64,000 bases of DNA, taken from Macrostomum hystrix. Its lineage: Eukaryota > Animalia > Platyhelminthes. Below the pieces are notes generated by a model. That model saw nothing but the letters and a program-made list of their open reading frames with translations. It was not told where the DNA came from and searched no databases. The DNA is taken from the NCBI GenBank assembly GCA_950097015.1, contig CATNEN010000029.1, positions 3,596,001-3,660,000 on the forward strand, given 5' to 3'. The stretch's first letter is position 1, and each line of letters starts with the position of its first letter. Positions 53,301-62,600 of the stretch are shown here, in pieces. Both the position numbers and the translations under genes were made by a program.

Positions 53301-54649
53301 TAGAATAGTAAATCGAGTTTCTTCAAAATCAGGTACTCATTTTACACGCCAAAGCATAACGTCCTTTTAATATTTAATTAATTCTATGCATTTTACTATG
53401 ATGAAGCTTGATTCCAAGTATCGACCCTAAAAATCTGGTCCTCAAGATATGTGTCGCGGTGCAGCCCACAAGAGGGACTCACTGCTCGGTGTGTTGGCCG
53501 GGAGCTGGCACAGGAAGAAAAGACCTGCAGAACAGCTTCGCAGGTACAGACGACCAAGATCCAGGCTGTACAGCGCGCAGTCCAGTCCATCTCCCTCGGT
53601 CAGGCCGAGGTAGAACAGATCGTCAGGCACCTGATTGCCTTCTGAGTCAAAGAACTTGCCGAGCGAGGCGTTGCGAGTGACACCAACCCACAGTTCATAG
53701 TTGAGCCACTCGAGATGGTCAAAGATTGCCAGGTCTTGCCTCGTCCTCGGCGCGTAAAGAGTCCCAGATTTTCCAGCGTAGCTGTTGCTGGCACAAAAGC
53801 TAGCAGCTGTTGGTTGCGTGTAGCTGGTCGTGAAGAGGCGGATGCAGCGGTCGAAGTACTGCGTCCACGGAGTTGGACAGACTGAATTGTTTGATAAAAA
53901 TTGCTAACGCGTAATTTTTGTGAATTTTCAGTTCATCAATTGGTCTGATCAAGACTGGCGACCTCATAGTCATAAAGTCTAGTTCTAATGTCCCTCTACC
54001 ACATTTTTATGTGTTGCGCACTACGGCAAACAGTTCTACAATCTGGGCCTTTCGTGGTTTCCGTCTAGCCATCCCCAGTTCGCCCGGCGCGGCTGGGATG
54101 CTGCAAAGATCCACTGACTTCCTCACGCACCGATTACCTTTCTGTGAGTGCCTGTTTTACCGGGTCTTAGTTTTTAACTTCACGTCGCCTCATAATTTTA
54201 TTTTGTTCTAGTTCTTAGACGCTGAAGTAATGTAAATGTCTTTATTATTGTGTAAAATTTAAAGCCGCTTGCTCCGAGACTGGCGTACTCGGAGTGTGGG
54301 GATGAATCCTCCGTCGCCTCGGCGCCGCTGTGCAGGTGGGCATCGCACCGAGTCGGTGTACTCAGCGGGCAAGCTTCTTCCTGTTGGCTGATTAAAACTT
54401 TTTATCCACATCTTTTTGTTTTATCTTCAGTATAAATGTAATTCTCCCTACAAATATTATCTGAAGAATATTTCTATGCTTTAGCTATCCTAATCGGTAT
54501 ACATTTGGTAATACAATTAGCATTAAAATGTTTTGCTCGAATTTAAAATACAATATCTAGGTGCACTCACAGTATCGTGTCTGCGTCACTGGAGGTACAG
54601 TCCAGAAGACTAGGCTGATTATCAATAATTGCAGAGCGGCGGAACGCAT
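4936..54649 (-). CDS. Gene B: giant multi-exon polycystin-1-like (PKD1L/REJ-type) receptor-channel with lectin-rich ectodomain
   Basis: Chain of GT-AG exons, phase-compatible wherever traced, from signal peptide (54571-54649) to stop (4936). Contains PKD, REJ, GPS-like, PLAT and polycystin-channel segments. The 16 exons from 19988 down sum to about 10.4 kb (about 3,470 codons) by my count. One apparent frameshift at ~21572. Orthology to a named PKD1L gene not established. Confidence 0.9.
6521..7621 (-). pseudogene. Frameshifted DDE transposase (Tc1/IS630 type)
   Basis: HTH FVELARQLGVKRSTAYAIAR; catalytic motifs KIFIDEFGFN (~7090-7115), YVVIDNVSSH and LPPCSPVLTSVE (cf. LPPYSPDLNPIE), split over several frames. 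Confidence 0.88.
7906..7945. mobile_element. 40-bp perfect palindromic micro-insertion with 8-bp TSD
   Basis: caaggacaacttaataactatagttattaagttgtccttg flanked by attgaagt (7898-7905 and 7946-7953); absent from the left TIR. Confidence 0.75.
7965..7990. mobile_element. 26-bp micro-insertion with 7-bp TIR and 8-bp TSD
   Basis: cacagaa...ttctgtg flanked by gtttgttt (7957-7964 and 7991-7998); absent from the left TIR. Confidence 0.6.
8401..9194 (-). CDS. Gene B exon: polycystin cation-channel TM segments and pore region
   Basis: ORF 8360-9127 (YLKSPWN, MVRFSRNLNHL, SMITQFSAMLGKFD, LNMFVAILNDSYEEV); acceptor cag|A TAC, donor A|gtgagc. Confidence 0.93.
9304..10132 (-). CDS. Gene B exon: polycystin extracellular (TOP) domain
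   Basis: LGHATLRQLR, YAGGGY, WIDNYTRTVFVE, NLFTSV motifs typical of the polycystin domain; GT-AG boundaries in phase. Confidence 0.92.
10270..10375 (-). CDS. Gene B small exon (VLAIGLIISVLMRKDYD...EQMI)
   Basis: tag| acceptor, G|gtaag donor; phases 0/1 link the neighbouring exons. Confidence 0.85.
10483..11389 (-). CDS. Gene B exon: end of PLAT plus TM2-TM5 region
   Basis: DDHLWMSL, FSRLQRLGVCFSILFMTMIANAMWY, LPHWFQYIGW, EEWLAAFFLS motifs conserved in PKD1-like proteins. Confidence 0.93.
11486..11886 (-). CDS. Gene B PLAT/LH2 exons (11719-11886 and 11486-11646)
   Basis: YLLDVYTGASKNSGTES...LVG and HLGDIKYMMIWHDGSG...WFLNRIIV; splice phases 0/0 and 0/2 fit. Confidence 0.92.
11977..13319 (-). 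CDS. Gene B exon: GAIN/GPS-like region and TM1
   Basis: CQRWEEAFNRW...NCLP...PNLIDF followed by hydrophobic VVLSTVIALWCLFIPLAVILRRLD; boundaries tag|AC and ACG|gtgagt. Confidence 0.92.
13460..14834 (-). CDS. Gene B REJ-region exons (14665-14834, 14153-14589, 13855-14079, 13646-13771, 13460-13553)
   Basis: NSPPLGGNCSVNPLRGIAMETKFQINCSGW...LTYEY and FPVGSP...IYDPLG are REJ motifs; all five exons join in frame. Confidence 0.9.
14910..19062 (-). CDS. Gene B 4,153-bp exon: three unnamed Cys-containing repeats, PKD repeats and start of REJ
   Basis: ORF 14906-19060 (1384 aa); PKD-type motifs FNFGDDS...HNFTKVGNYTVNLTVWN, FGDRS...HLYPWYGSYSASVFAFN, WNYPNHGVYDVQVTAFN; many N-x-S/T sequons. Confidence 0.93.
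19134..19277 (-). CDS. Gene B exon: Cys-rich EB/EGF-like module
   Basis: Hand translation EDCTSDLNCVIVNRSVC...CNCTVGWYLNRGMCKP; phase 1/1. Confidence 0.8.
19380..19988 (-). CDS. Gene B exon: fibrinogen C-terminal (FReD) domain
   Basis: WIVIYK...SFEDYRRGF...FWIGTE...LRIDM...FSTFD...CA...GGSGWWY...C; phase 1/1. Confidence 0.93.
20254..20965 (-). CDS. Gene B F5/8 (discoidin) exons (20817-20965, ~20478-20660, 20254-20404)
   Basis: YTGFDLEYSD, LRKPFYTNRLKV, MKFDVFGCP are discoidin-type motifs. Confidence 0.8.
21422..21998 (-). CDS. Gene B C-type lectin 5 (exons 21806-21998 and 21422-21659) with apparent 1-bp frameshift
   Basis: CPKNFYYYNGRCV...ARQYC...RLFVP; HIGVVKNATGAWV*(TAG 21572-21574), then in another frame WKNWRFDEP...CAY...WKSSATC...FVVCE. 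Confidence 0.82.
22020..24690 (-). CDS. Gene B F5/8 (discoidin) exon cluster including 22688-23315 and 24431-24578, approx.
   Basis: LRIYSL...KLEVFGC; YYVTSYELYYG...QDLQTPVVAKYM...RLGFLGFP; IQRYVLEYSDDSLYW. Confidence 0.8.
25230..25620 (-). CDS. Gene B kringle-like exon, approx.
   Basis: C...SYAGKHWTIQNGGGVCPKW...NNYCRMP...C (kringle YxG...CxxW...NYCR pattern). Confidence 0.75.
26290..26880 (-). CDS. Gene B LamG/concanavalin-like exon, approx.
   Basis: GPTFRTNGALFLLG...YTVCFYSYF...WHYFCLAV...LVVIEG, typical of LamG_3/pentraxin-like folds. Confidence 0.7.
27856..28632 (-). CDS. Gene B C-type lectin 4 plus F-type (fucolectin-like) domain, approx.
   Basis: CPFGFFRHKDSCY...; WQWWDGSLVDWKFW...ECL...WRNIKC...FICE; AANDG...WWRVDM...VTEVWIYLRTD. 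Confidence 0.85.
29590..30790 (-). CDS. Gene B F5/8 exon cluster, approx.
   Basis: LGFVIQGSS...YVRSFKIFYG; PFKAKIIQFRP...KFEILGYP; PIGMEDGII. Confidence 0.78.
31759..32052 (-). CDS. Gene B kringle exon
   Basis: YFGRQNVTSSGYTCQNW...NYCRN...WCYTTNP...C...C is a canonical kringle; phase 1/1. Confidence 0.93.
32364..32763 (-). mobile_element. tRNA-derived SINE with (ATT)n tail and TSD
   Basis: Minus-strand head ggcgaatagctcagtcagtaaggtgtcggcc...gggttcgactccc (A- and B-box-like); (aat)11 tail; tttttaagt on both flanks. Confidence 0.85.
32850..36015 (-). CDS. Gene B exons: F-type lectin halves, unnamed beta-rich module and F5/8/FTP segments, approx.
   Basis: GNDGN...YWLIDFAYPTVIKRIRV; FTCSRVMLGRYLVL...VDQIFVFAEEC; VLVDLKLLHTIAGVD. 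Confidence 0.7.
36950..38529 (-). CDS. Gene B C-type lectin 3 (38225-38529, ~37915-38150), linker exon and split kringle (~36950-37240)
   Basis: CPDGFTPHFDVCV...HC...GTLFMPK; HIGVRRNSSTGNWEWFDG...YFVCE; LNVTRDGIACAAW. Confidence 0.83.
38620..40785 (-). CDS. Gene B F5/8 and F-type lectin exons, approx.
   Basis: GFIVQGSS...FTSLRILY; PFQAQIVRV...KFDFLGFP; GVIDQNR...PYIAIDL...VYVWAQTD; ARYVGV...ICEIEVYG. Confidence 0.8.
40977..41690 (+). mobile_element. Decayed retroelement-like remnant with SAP-motif coding fragment (intronic, antisense to gene B), approx.
   Basis: ELRRLLDQQGLSKAG plus, after a frameshift, KKAILLERL forms a SAP-like motif; GC-rich island in an AT-rich intron; no RT or second LTR seen. 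Confidence 0.4.
41780..44150 (-). CDS. Gene B exons: kringle-like (~43780-44150), F-type lectin, unnamed module and F5/8, approx.
   Basis: C...SVTEQGYACANW...C; NWWLLLDLK; ITCNTPQTARYLVL...YINVMG; VTVYVISIQAG...HVQLTYSSD. Confidence 0.75.
44990..46631 (-). CDS. Gene B C-type lectin 2 (46460-46631, 45927-46135) and following linker exon
   Basis: CPGGWRPLYNICL...WNTSLQYC...GTLFMPK; HVGAYRNASTGRWFWLDG...CAYL...C...PLCQ. Confidence 0.88.
46690..46925 (-). mobile_element. Degraded tRNA-derived SINE-like repeat, approx.
   Basis: Minus-strand gagtggcagagcggtgaacgcgtttgactctcgcactaaggtccctgagctcgatt resembles a tRNA head. Confidence 0.45.
47040..52210 (-). CDS. Gene B exons: kringle (~51680-51990), F-type lectins, unnamed module and F5/8 domains, approx.
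   Basis: YYGDLDVNQNGEACIPY; FYCPPGTISRYVVL...VDHVKIYGDHC; YRATDG...WAYVDM...VVVYTRN; GTIVQGSG...VNSYRLRYS; WKVEILGYP. Confidence 0.8.
53483..53881 (-). CDS. Gene B exon 2: C-type lectin 1
   Basis: cag|TC TGT CCA ACT CCG TGG...CIRLF...FC...LWVGV...DC...C...FFLCQ; donor AGC A|gtgagt. Confidence 0.9.
54571..54649 (-). CDS. Gene B exon 1: signal peptide MRSAALQLLIISLVFWTVPPVTQTRY
   Basis: ATG, hydrophobic core, donor TAC T|gtgagt (phase 1); same length class, phase and Y-F-C junction as gene C exon 1. Confidence 0.83.
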
Positions 54650-56463
54650 CCTTGCCTCTCTGAAATTCCTTCAGTGCGCCTTGTTGATCAGCGTTGGTCT
54701 CAAACAAAAAGTTACAACTCGCTTGTCGAATGCTGCGGAAATATCTCTTTAGTCAGTGTTTGAGTTGCGCTCTCTGAGGATTTCTATAGGCTTAGCTTCG
54801 GAACATAAATATTATACGCATGCCCAACTACCCAAAGTTTCCAAAACAAACTCGCCAGGTCTGTTGCTAGGGAGCTACTTCTTTACCCCCCATCCCAGTC
54901 TAAAAATGTAGATGCAGTCTTTCAATAGCACTCTGAATGACAAGCGCTTTAGCAGCATTCTTCTGAGATGGTATCTGGACCAGCCGCAAAGGGGCGAGAC
55001 ACTAAGCTAGCAAAATAATTTTAATTAGCGAGTGTAAAGATGCAACCACTCTTAAAAAATTCTGAATTGAAGGTTCCCATCGCCTCGGAAAAAAGCAGCG
55101 TCCAAGGGAAAGCCATTAACGATGCAGGCAGTGGGGCTAGTAAATTATGCAGCATGCGCCCTCAGTGCTGACAGAGCCTCTGTAACGGGACCTCGGCAAT
55201 AGAATTCTGGCGGCTGCATGGGTTGCTAGCTCAAATTGCCAGTACACAAAGCGAAGACGGTTGGCTTCTTGTTGTGAGAGGTTGCAGAAAACGGGAAAAG
55301 CCGAGTCGCAACGTAGAACAATGCATACAAATTTCCAGTCTCAGGAAGCAGCTCTGCCACGCATAACAGAAGTGAATCCACAGCCCTTACCACCTTAAAC
55401 TAGCTAGCAACCCGTGGTTCTGCACCACGACTTTTTCCTCGCTGCTAAACAAGGCGCCGCCTAAAGGCTACGAAGCACTTTTTTAACTTGGCATTAGCAA
55501 TTTGGAGTTTGTGTACAGAGCCAGCACAATTTAATGGCGCAACCCTAGCTTCTTTGTTTAATTTGCACGTTCGGACCCGCAGTCCTTTTACTCCATCAAT
55601 ATATTAAATAAGATTAGTCGTATAATTTAGTGAAAAAAATAATTTAAGGAGCGCAATTAAATTCTAAACAAAAAACGTATTGAATGTTTTGAAAATTGAA
55701 AGTATAATTTAGACATTTTTCTGTTAAGGATAAAAACGAAGAAAAAAACAAGAAAAACTGTTTACATCTAAAAGATTTTATTATAATCTAATATGTTAAT
55801 AAAAATGTCTCAGGTTGTCGTTGCTTTTCAGGATTAACCATAAAGAAGTACTGAATATTATTTTCACATTAGCCAAACACTTATAATGAAGAAATTTTTA
55901 CGGGATGGTGCAACAGCTGGGCAAGGGGAAATAAAATGAAAAAATTGAAAAATCAGAGCTTCAGTGAGAAATCTAACAAGATATACTAATTGTACTTAAT
56001 TTTATTGCTAGAACTACAGGAAACAAGTTCTGAAATGGTGTTTACAGAAAATTAGCGTGGTAATTGTTGTGGGTTTCGTTACGATTGGAATCTCTGTATT
56101 CGTTACTTCAAGAATACAACAGTAATATTGCAGATAACGATTCATATCACCATAGTCAACGATGTTTATATTTGCCAGATGGGCCATCTTACACTAATTG
56201 TATTGTAATTAATTTTATGTACCGCCGTAATTGTCAATAGGCTTCTGGTGGAATTTTAGGTCCGCAAAAATCTTTTCGTGATTCTTGATCGTACTGCAAT
56301 AGCTTGCATCAAATTAAAAAAAACACTTTTCCTACCTTAGGAAAACGTAAGCTTAACAAAATATGATATGCTTATTTTGTTCGAAGTGCACATAAATGTC
56401 CATACGATTAGTTAAAAAATAGTTTTTAAAAAACTTATAGTTAAAGTTCTCAATCACTACGGC

Positions 56464-56618
56464 TCAAATCTGTGTCTGCGGCTCAGCCGATGGAGAGCTC
56501 AAATTTCGGCGAATCAGATGACTCATTGCGGTATCAAGAGAGTCCACCTGATCCGTGCTCAACCGCTCTTTCGTGTCAACCAGCCTGACCTCGACCTCCT
56601 CAGCCTTCCGCATCCAGT
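56464..56618 (-). CDS. Gene A terminal exon (DWMRKAEEVEVRLVDTKERL...PQTQI*)
   Basis: Acceptor tttctttcag|AC TGG, phase 1 matching donor GAC G|gtcagt at 57941. Confidence 0.87.
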
Positions 56619-59600
56619 CTGAAAGAAATGGGTTTTCGCTGCTGAACAATCAGCGATCAGCGGTACAATCACAGAGCTACCTGCGCTATTCTGAAAGCAC
56701 TCGAATCCACGCGTTCTCATGCATTCTAAGAGCGTAGGTAACTAATTATTAGTTTTTAAGGTTTAACAAAAATGAGAATTTTACCAGCCACGCTGACATC
56801 TCGCACTAAAAAAATTTAGCCCCATCAACCTTCACAGACAATAGAAATAATAATAATAATAATAATTACCGATTACACCTGCACCAATTGGGTTAGACGC
56901 GCAGCCGAAAGCACAGACGCAGCTATTGCGCGGTGCATCCGAGGGCTGCGTACGGCTGTTTAGTCCATGGACTGGGAGGGATGCCACACCCACCCTCAAT
57001 TACAATTGTCGTCTCACGTCTCAGGCTGGTGTTGGCACCCATTTTGCGAGTGGGTAAATCGAAGCAAAACAAGGAAATAAATAGTCTCCGATTAAAGCAC
57101 TGCGCCCTGTAGCCAGTGCCAATTCTATACCAACACAGGTAATTCCAGTGAAAAATAGATCGCGATGTTTTACTCCTGTTTATTTGCAATTTAAACCTAT
57201 TGTATAACTGCCTGTCCAGTGCAACTGCAGCTTGCGAGCGTAAATATGAGTATTTTAAATTGTATATCCTGCCTAAACATGCTGCTTTTCAATTTCGCTC
57301 AGGTAGGACCCTGCCGTCTGCTCGACAACCAGCTCCTTGGTTGTCAGAGACTAAGGGTCGAAAAGTTTCCAGATGACCCATAGCTTCTTGTACTATTTAA
57401 CTATTTATTATTCACTAAGGGAGCAGTAAATAAAAAAATTTCCCCTTTACCGAAAAAAAATTTCCTACCTCGGAGCTATTTATTCATTGAGAGTAACAGC
57501 TCAGTAATATTAATTTATTACACCTGCCCCATTTGGGTCAGATGTGCAGCCAACAGTACAGCCGCAGCTATGGCGCGGCGTATCTGAAGGCTGCGTACAG
57601 CTGTTCAGTCCATGGACTGGAGGGACGCTACATCCTGCGATTGTCCCTGCTAATGTTGGTACCCATTTAACAGCTGGTTGATCTGAAGCAATCCAGAGTT
57701 AAGTTTCTTGCTAAAGGACACAAATTGTTTCAGTAAAGTCGGGAATTGAATCCCGGACCTTCACGCCGTGAGTCCGACGCCCTAAACACTTAGCTAGAAC
57801 CTCCCTAGCTAAGACAATAATGCGAATTGATTACAGTACAAAAATACGCTCGTAATATGAAAAAAAACATTTAGTTCCCTTCAAGAAATGTACTGAAAAT
57901 GTTAACTGAAAGGCAAGTGCAAAGGAGAAAATGAACTGACCGTCTTCCGCTTTTTCGGCATACTCTTCCTGTGGACGGCCCCGCACGATCTTAGTGACAC
58001 TCTCAATGATGTAGTCAATGATCTTGAAGTCCTCCTCATCTGGAGCTGTCTCCATCTCGGCTCTAACCTCTTCATAGCTGTCGTTTAAGATCGCTACGAA
58101 CATGTTCAGCACGATGTACATGATGAAGGTGATGTACGCAAGGAAAACCATTCTGGCCAACAAGCCGTTACGCACGATGTAGCTGACGTCGAATTTTCCC
58201 AACATTGCGGAGAACTGAGTGATCATTGACAAGTGTACAGAACGAAACGGTTTTTTCCAGTGTTCCGAGAATCAGATACAGACACAGCGTGAATGCCATA
58301 AACACGACCATGAAGACCCAGAAAAACGAGCGCAGTTGGTTCAGTGATCGGGTCAGCGTGCCGAGCAGGTGGTTGAGATTTCGACTGAAGCGAACCATAT
58401 TTAAAAATGAGACCTGTACCAGGAATGTGGCTGCACCGAGAAGGTAGAAGAAGGTCTCATTCAAGTACATGACGTATCGCAGGTTCGTGCTGAGTCCCGA
58501 AGCGTTCTGCATTGCCTCCAGTGACGTCACAGTCGCCATCGAGCGCAACACATAGAATCCAGCTGCTCCAACCAGACAAACAAATGCAGCAACGGTGTAG
58601 ATATTCCACGGGCTCTTTAGGTAGTCCCAGCCTTCTCTCTTCAGGTCCAAGAAAATCTTCACTAACATGCCAAGTGTGAGCAGACCAGTCAGGATCTCAG
58701 TGATCAGAGCAAACAGAGACCGAGAATGCCAACGTATCTGAAAAGTTGTGAAATTATATTCGATAATTTGTATTCAGGAAAGCTACTTTTGAAACAGCCA
58801 GTTCATTTGCAAGACAGAAAAAAACATATTTTGATTAAAACACACCTGTACAACTTGGTGGTGTAGAGTTGAGCCACAGACTGAGCACCTCCATATGCAA
58901 AGAACTCGGTCGCAAGCGTCACTGAAGTAAACAGGTTGACGTCTGGATAAAACAAGTCCAGCTCTACAAACACTGTTCGCGTGTAGTTGTCAATCCAATT
59001 GGTTGAGTTCAGCTGCTGCACCAAAGTCATTGCTTCGGCAAACTTGTTTGACATCACAGCTGTGTAGCCTCCTCCGGCATACATGTGCAGAGCACCCCAA
59101 AACGGCAAGCTGTTTGTTCGCTTCGCACTCAGACCAAGGAAAGCCAAGTCAAGAGCACTGACACTGTCTGTGAAGTTGCAATCACGCTGCACCTTCCAGC
59201 CAGGGTAGAAGCACTGTCGATTGTCTGCCTCAAAACTATAGTCGGCAGACTTGGCAACAGCCAGGACATCCACCGGACGAATGCGCAACTGACGCAGAGT
59301 AGCGTGGCCCAGGCGAAAGCCAACCAAATCGGCTATAAACTTGCTTCGCGCAGAAGTCAGGTTCTGTCCGAGTGCCTCAACAGGGAACAGGCGAGGCAGC
59401 AGTGTGCTCTGCAAATACACGAAGTAGTCGGCTGCCGTTTTCACATTCTCCAATCCTGTGGCGGGCACTTTCGGATTGCTTGGCTTGTAAAGGTGATTCT
59501 TGATGTTTGCGTGCAGATTGTAGGTGCATGGGTCCAGATTTCCATAGCAGATGCAGTACAACAAAGCCAGAAGAAGGAAGCTTCCGACAATCTCAATTGA

Positions 59601-62600
59601 AGTGCGCTTTGCCTTTGATCTCAGCTTGTTGTTTTGGTCGTTCTCTTCGATCTCGTGAATGTAGCGAAATCCGTCTGAAGGGTTAATCGTTTAAAAATTT
59701 GATATTTCCGTTTTTACGCATATATGTTTAACAACGATGTCAAACAACGATGTTAAACATAAATCATAAATCATAATCATGACGCTATCAGTGCCGAATA
59801 ATAAATCTTACCAATCATCTGTTCAGGGTGTCTGTATCTCACTCGAATGAAGTCCATGTCTTTTGCGTCATAATCCTTTCTCATCAGTACAGATATGATC
59901 AGACCGATGGCCAGAACCTACAGTACCAATTTGAAATGTTGGTGATAATAAATGGCTACCAGTGAATGTTCAGCCCTAAAGCAAGCCAGCAACAAAGTAA
60001 GAAATCGAGTGCCGCAAACCCACCTTCAACGGTTGAATGAGCAGCATCGACTGGAAGAGAGACAGGAAGAATGCCGCGAGCCACTCCTCCGACTTGGTCT
60101 TGCCCAGTCCATTGCGTAGAACACGATGAAGACACCAGCACCAACAATGCTGCCAATAACCAGCACCCAGCCAATGTACTGGAACCAGTGTGGTAGCTGG
60201 AACTTTTTAGCTCTCTTTCGCTTGTTCTCTGGCATTCGTAGCGGAGTGCTAACGCTGTCCTCACAAAGTCTATCCAACAATTCAATTATCATTGGGAAAG
60301 GTCTGCTGCTCTGATTGATCGTCAGCTTCTCCAGAATCGTCAGCCATGTCATGAGCATCACAGCCATTGATTACACGGTATCGGCTGATGTCTTTTTGCC
60401 GCCTCCTCACAGTGCGATGTTGCTGTTTCCTCCTTCTCTGACAGATCGACTGATGAAATATTCGGATCAGCGTACTCTGAACGCTTCCGGATCACATCTA
60501 AAAGCTCACTCGACTTGAACACGCTTCGCCGACTTCAGGAAGAATATTGTGATGGCTGCCGTGACAGGTACGACACACAGAGCACCGAGGACAGATGTGA
60601 AGAGTGCGTTTAGTGAGAAGCTGATTGGACCGATGTGTATTTTCGCACTTGCATTCGGGCCACTCTCAGCCACTCCGTACCACATCGCGTTAGCTATCAT
60701 TGTCATGAAGAGGATGCTGAAACAGACGCCCAACCGTTGCAGTCGGCTAAAGTTTGTGTCTGTCTTGCGAGACATTAGCGACATCCACAGATGATCGTCT
60801 GTCATCTTTCGCGACAGATTATTGCGTACCAGACCATGCGAGTATGCGATGTCTTCTCTCGTAGCCAGCTTCAACACGACAGGTGTCGTCTCGGAGTCTT
60901 CGTCCACAAAGCCATTGTGAATGAAGAAGTACCTGTAAGTGTTAAATGTCGAGAAATTACAGCATTTCGGATTTTCAAGAAAATAATACAAAAATGAATG
61001 TTTCTTTGTGTACGCCTGTATATGATTACTTAGCATTGTAGAGCCTGTCAGTGACGATGATGCGGTTCAAGAACCAATCGCATTTCTCTGCATAACCTGA
61101 GCCGTCGTGCCAGATCATCATATACTTGATGTCACCCAGGTGCCGATCGCAAGTCATGATGAAATGGTTGATGGCCCCATCAGTGAAGTTCTGAAAATCA
61201 ATGAGAAAAAAATGTTATGTATCATCATTATGTATGATAAAAGAAAAAATGTGCACTCGAACCTGACGAATTCCGTCGTCGAGGCGTCGACACGCTGCAC
61301 GACTTTCTGTGCCCACCAGAGAAAAGTAGATGGCCGACTCAGTTCCGCTGTTTTTTGCTAGCTCCTGTGTACACGTCCAGAAGGTAGCGGTTCGGTCTGG
61401 AGCAGTCGTCTGTCAGCGGCAAATACTCAAACTAAAACAGTGATGTGAAAGAATCGACACGAAAACATGTAAGGTCCTATAAGAATACTCAATTTCTGGC
61501 AAAATTTTCAGACCCACTCACCATTTTCGAATCCTTCTTGTCAAGTCTGCGCAGGATGACGGCCAGAGGAATGAAGAGGCACCAGAGAGCAATTACTGTG
61601 CTGAGAACAACCGCTGCCTCTGCCAGCTTTCCTTGCCAGTTGTCAAACAATTTGCCAAAAATCAATCAAATTCGGGGTCAGGTTGATACCCACTCCAAGA
61701 CTGCCAAACAGGTTGCTGCGAAACACGGGTTTGGTTTGGAGTTCCCTTCTCTAGAGGCAAGCAGTTTGCCTCTGGTAAAGGCAGCCAGCGATTAAAAGCT
61801 TCTTCCCAACGCTGACATGAGTGACGCACCATGCTAAAGTTGTAGGCCAAGTACGGGGTCTGAGCACATCACTGCTGCTGAGCTGTCTTTGTAGCAGCCA
61901 CGCCGCCTCACACCGATATAGTGCACGCCGGATGTGTTGAGAAATCCCCGAGGTAGATAAAACATGGTCTGGTACTGCCACAAGTCACTGCTACTCAGTG
62001 TGCTCGGATCGATGCCATGGGCCTCAGTCAAGTTGTTCGGTGGAATCGGAATCAGCATCGACATGCTAGAATTGTCAGGTGTCGGCAGGTAGTCAGACTG
62101 AACCATGACATCAAACAGATGACTCGGGTTAAGTGGAACCACAGTCACTTGAAGCAGCTCTGTCTCACTCACTACTCGGAAGCTGTGGTAAAACATGAGC
62201 CATTTGTCTTCCGGTGTGCGATTAACCTGCAAGACCTCCGGCGGAGCAGTTGCCTAAGCTCAGCTCGAACGGTTCGACTGTGTCCGCAAGCGTTGCCGCT
62301 CGACGTTTTCGTGAGTGACTGCTTGACGCAGCTGAGCAGTTTTCACGCTTGAGAATCATGACGCTGGATTTGACATTCTTTGCTGAAGACTGCCACACAT
62401 ACGGGTTGTTTGTGGCAAACACAGCTTTCACGTTGCAACCATCGTTGCCAGTTGCTGGTAATGAAATTTCACCAAAGCTCGACTTTAACGTCACATTCAT
62501 GTCTCCACTGTCGCCCATTCGCCGTCCGACTGCGGCCATGGGCGGTGTCACTGAATGAATACTCGCCGTTGGCCGTGTCTTGGATCACCATGCTGGTCAC

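Noticed and set aside
54345-54358. 14-bp match gcaccgagtcggtg to the SpCas9 sgRNA/tracrRNA 3' hairpin
   Set aside because: Short isolated match with no other scaffold sequence; compatible with chance in a GC-rich hairpin.
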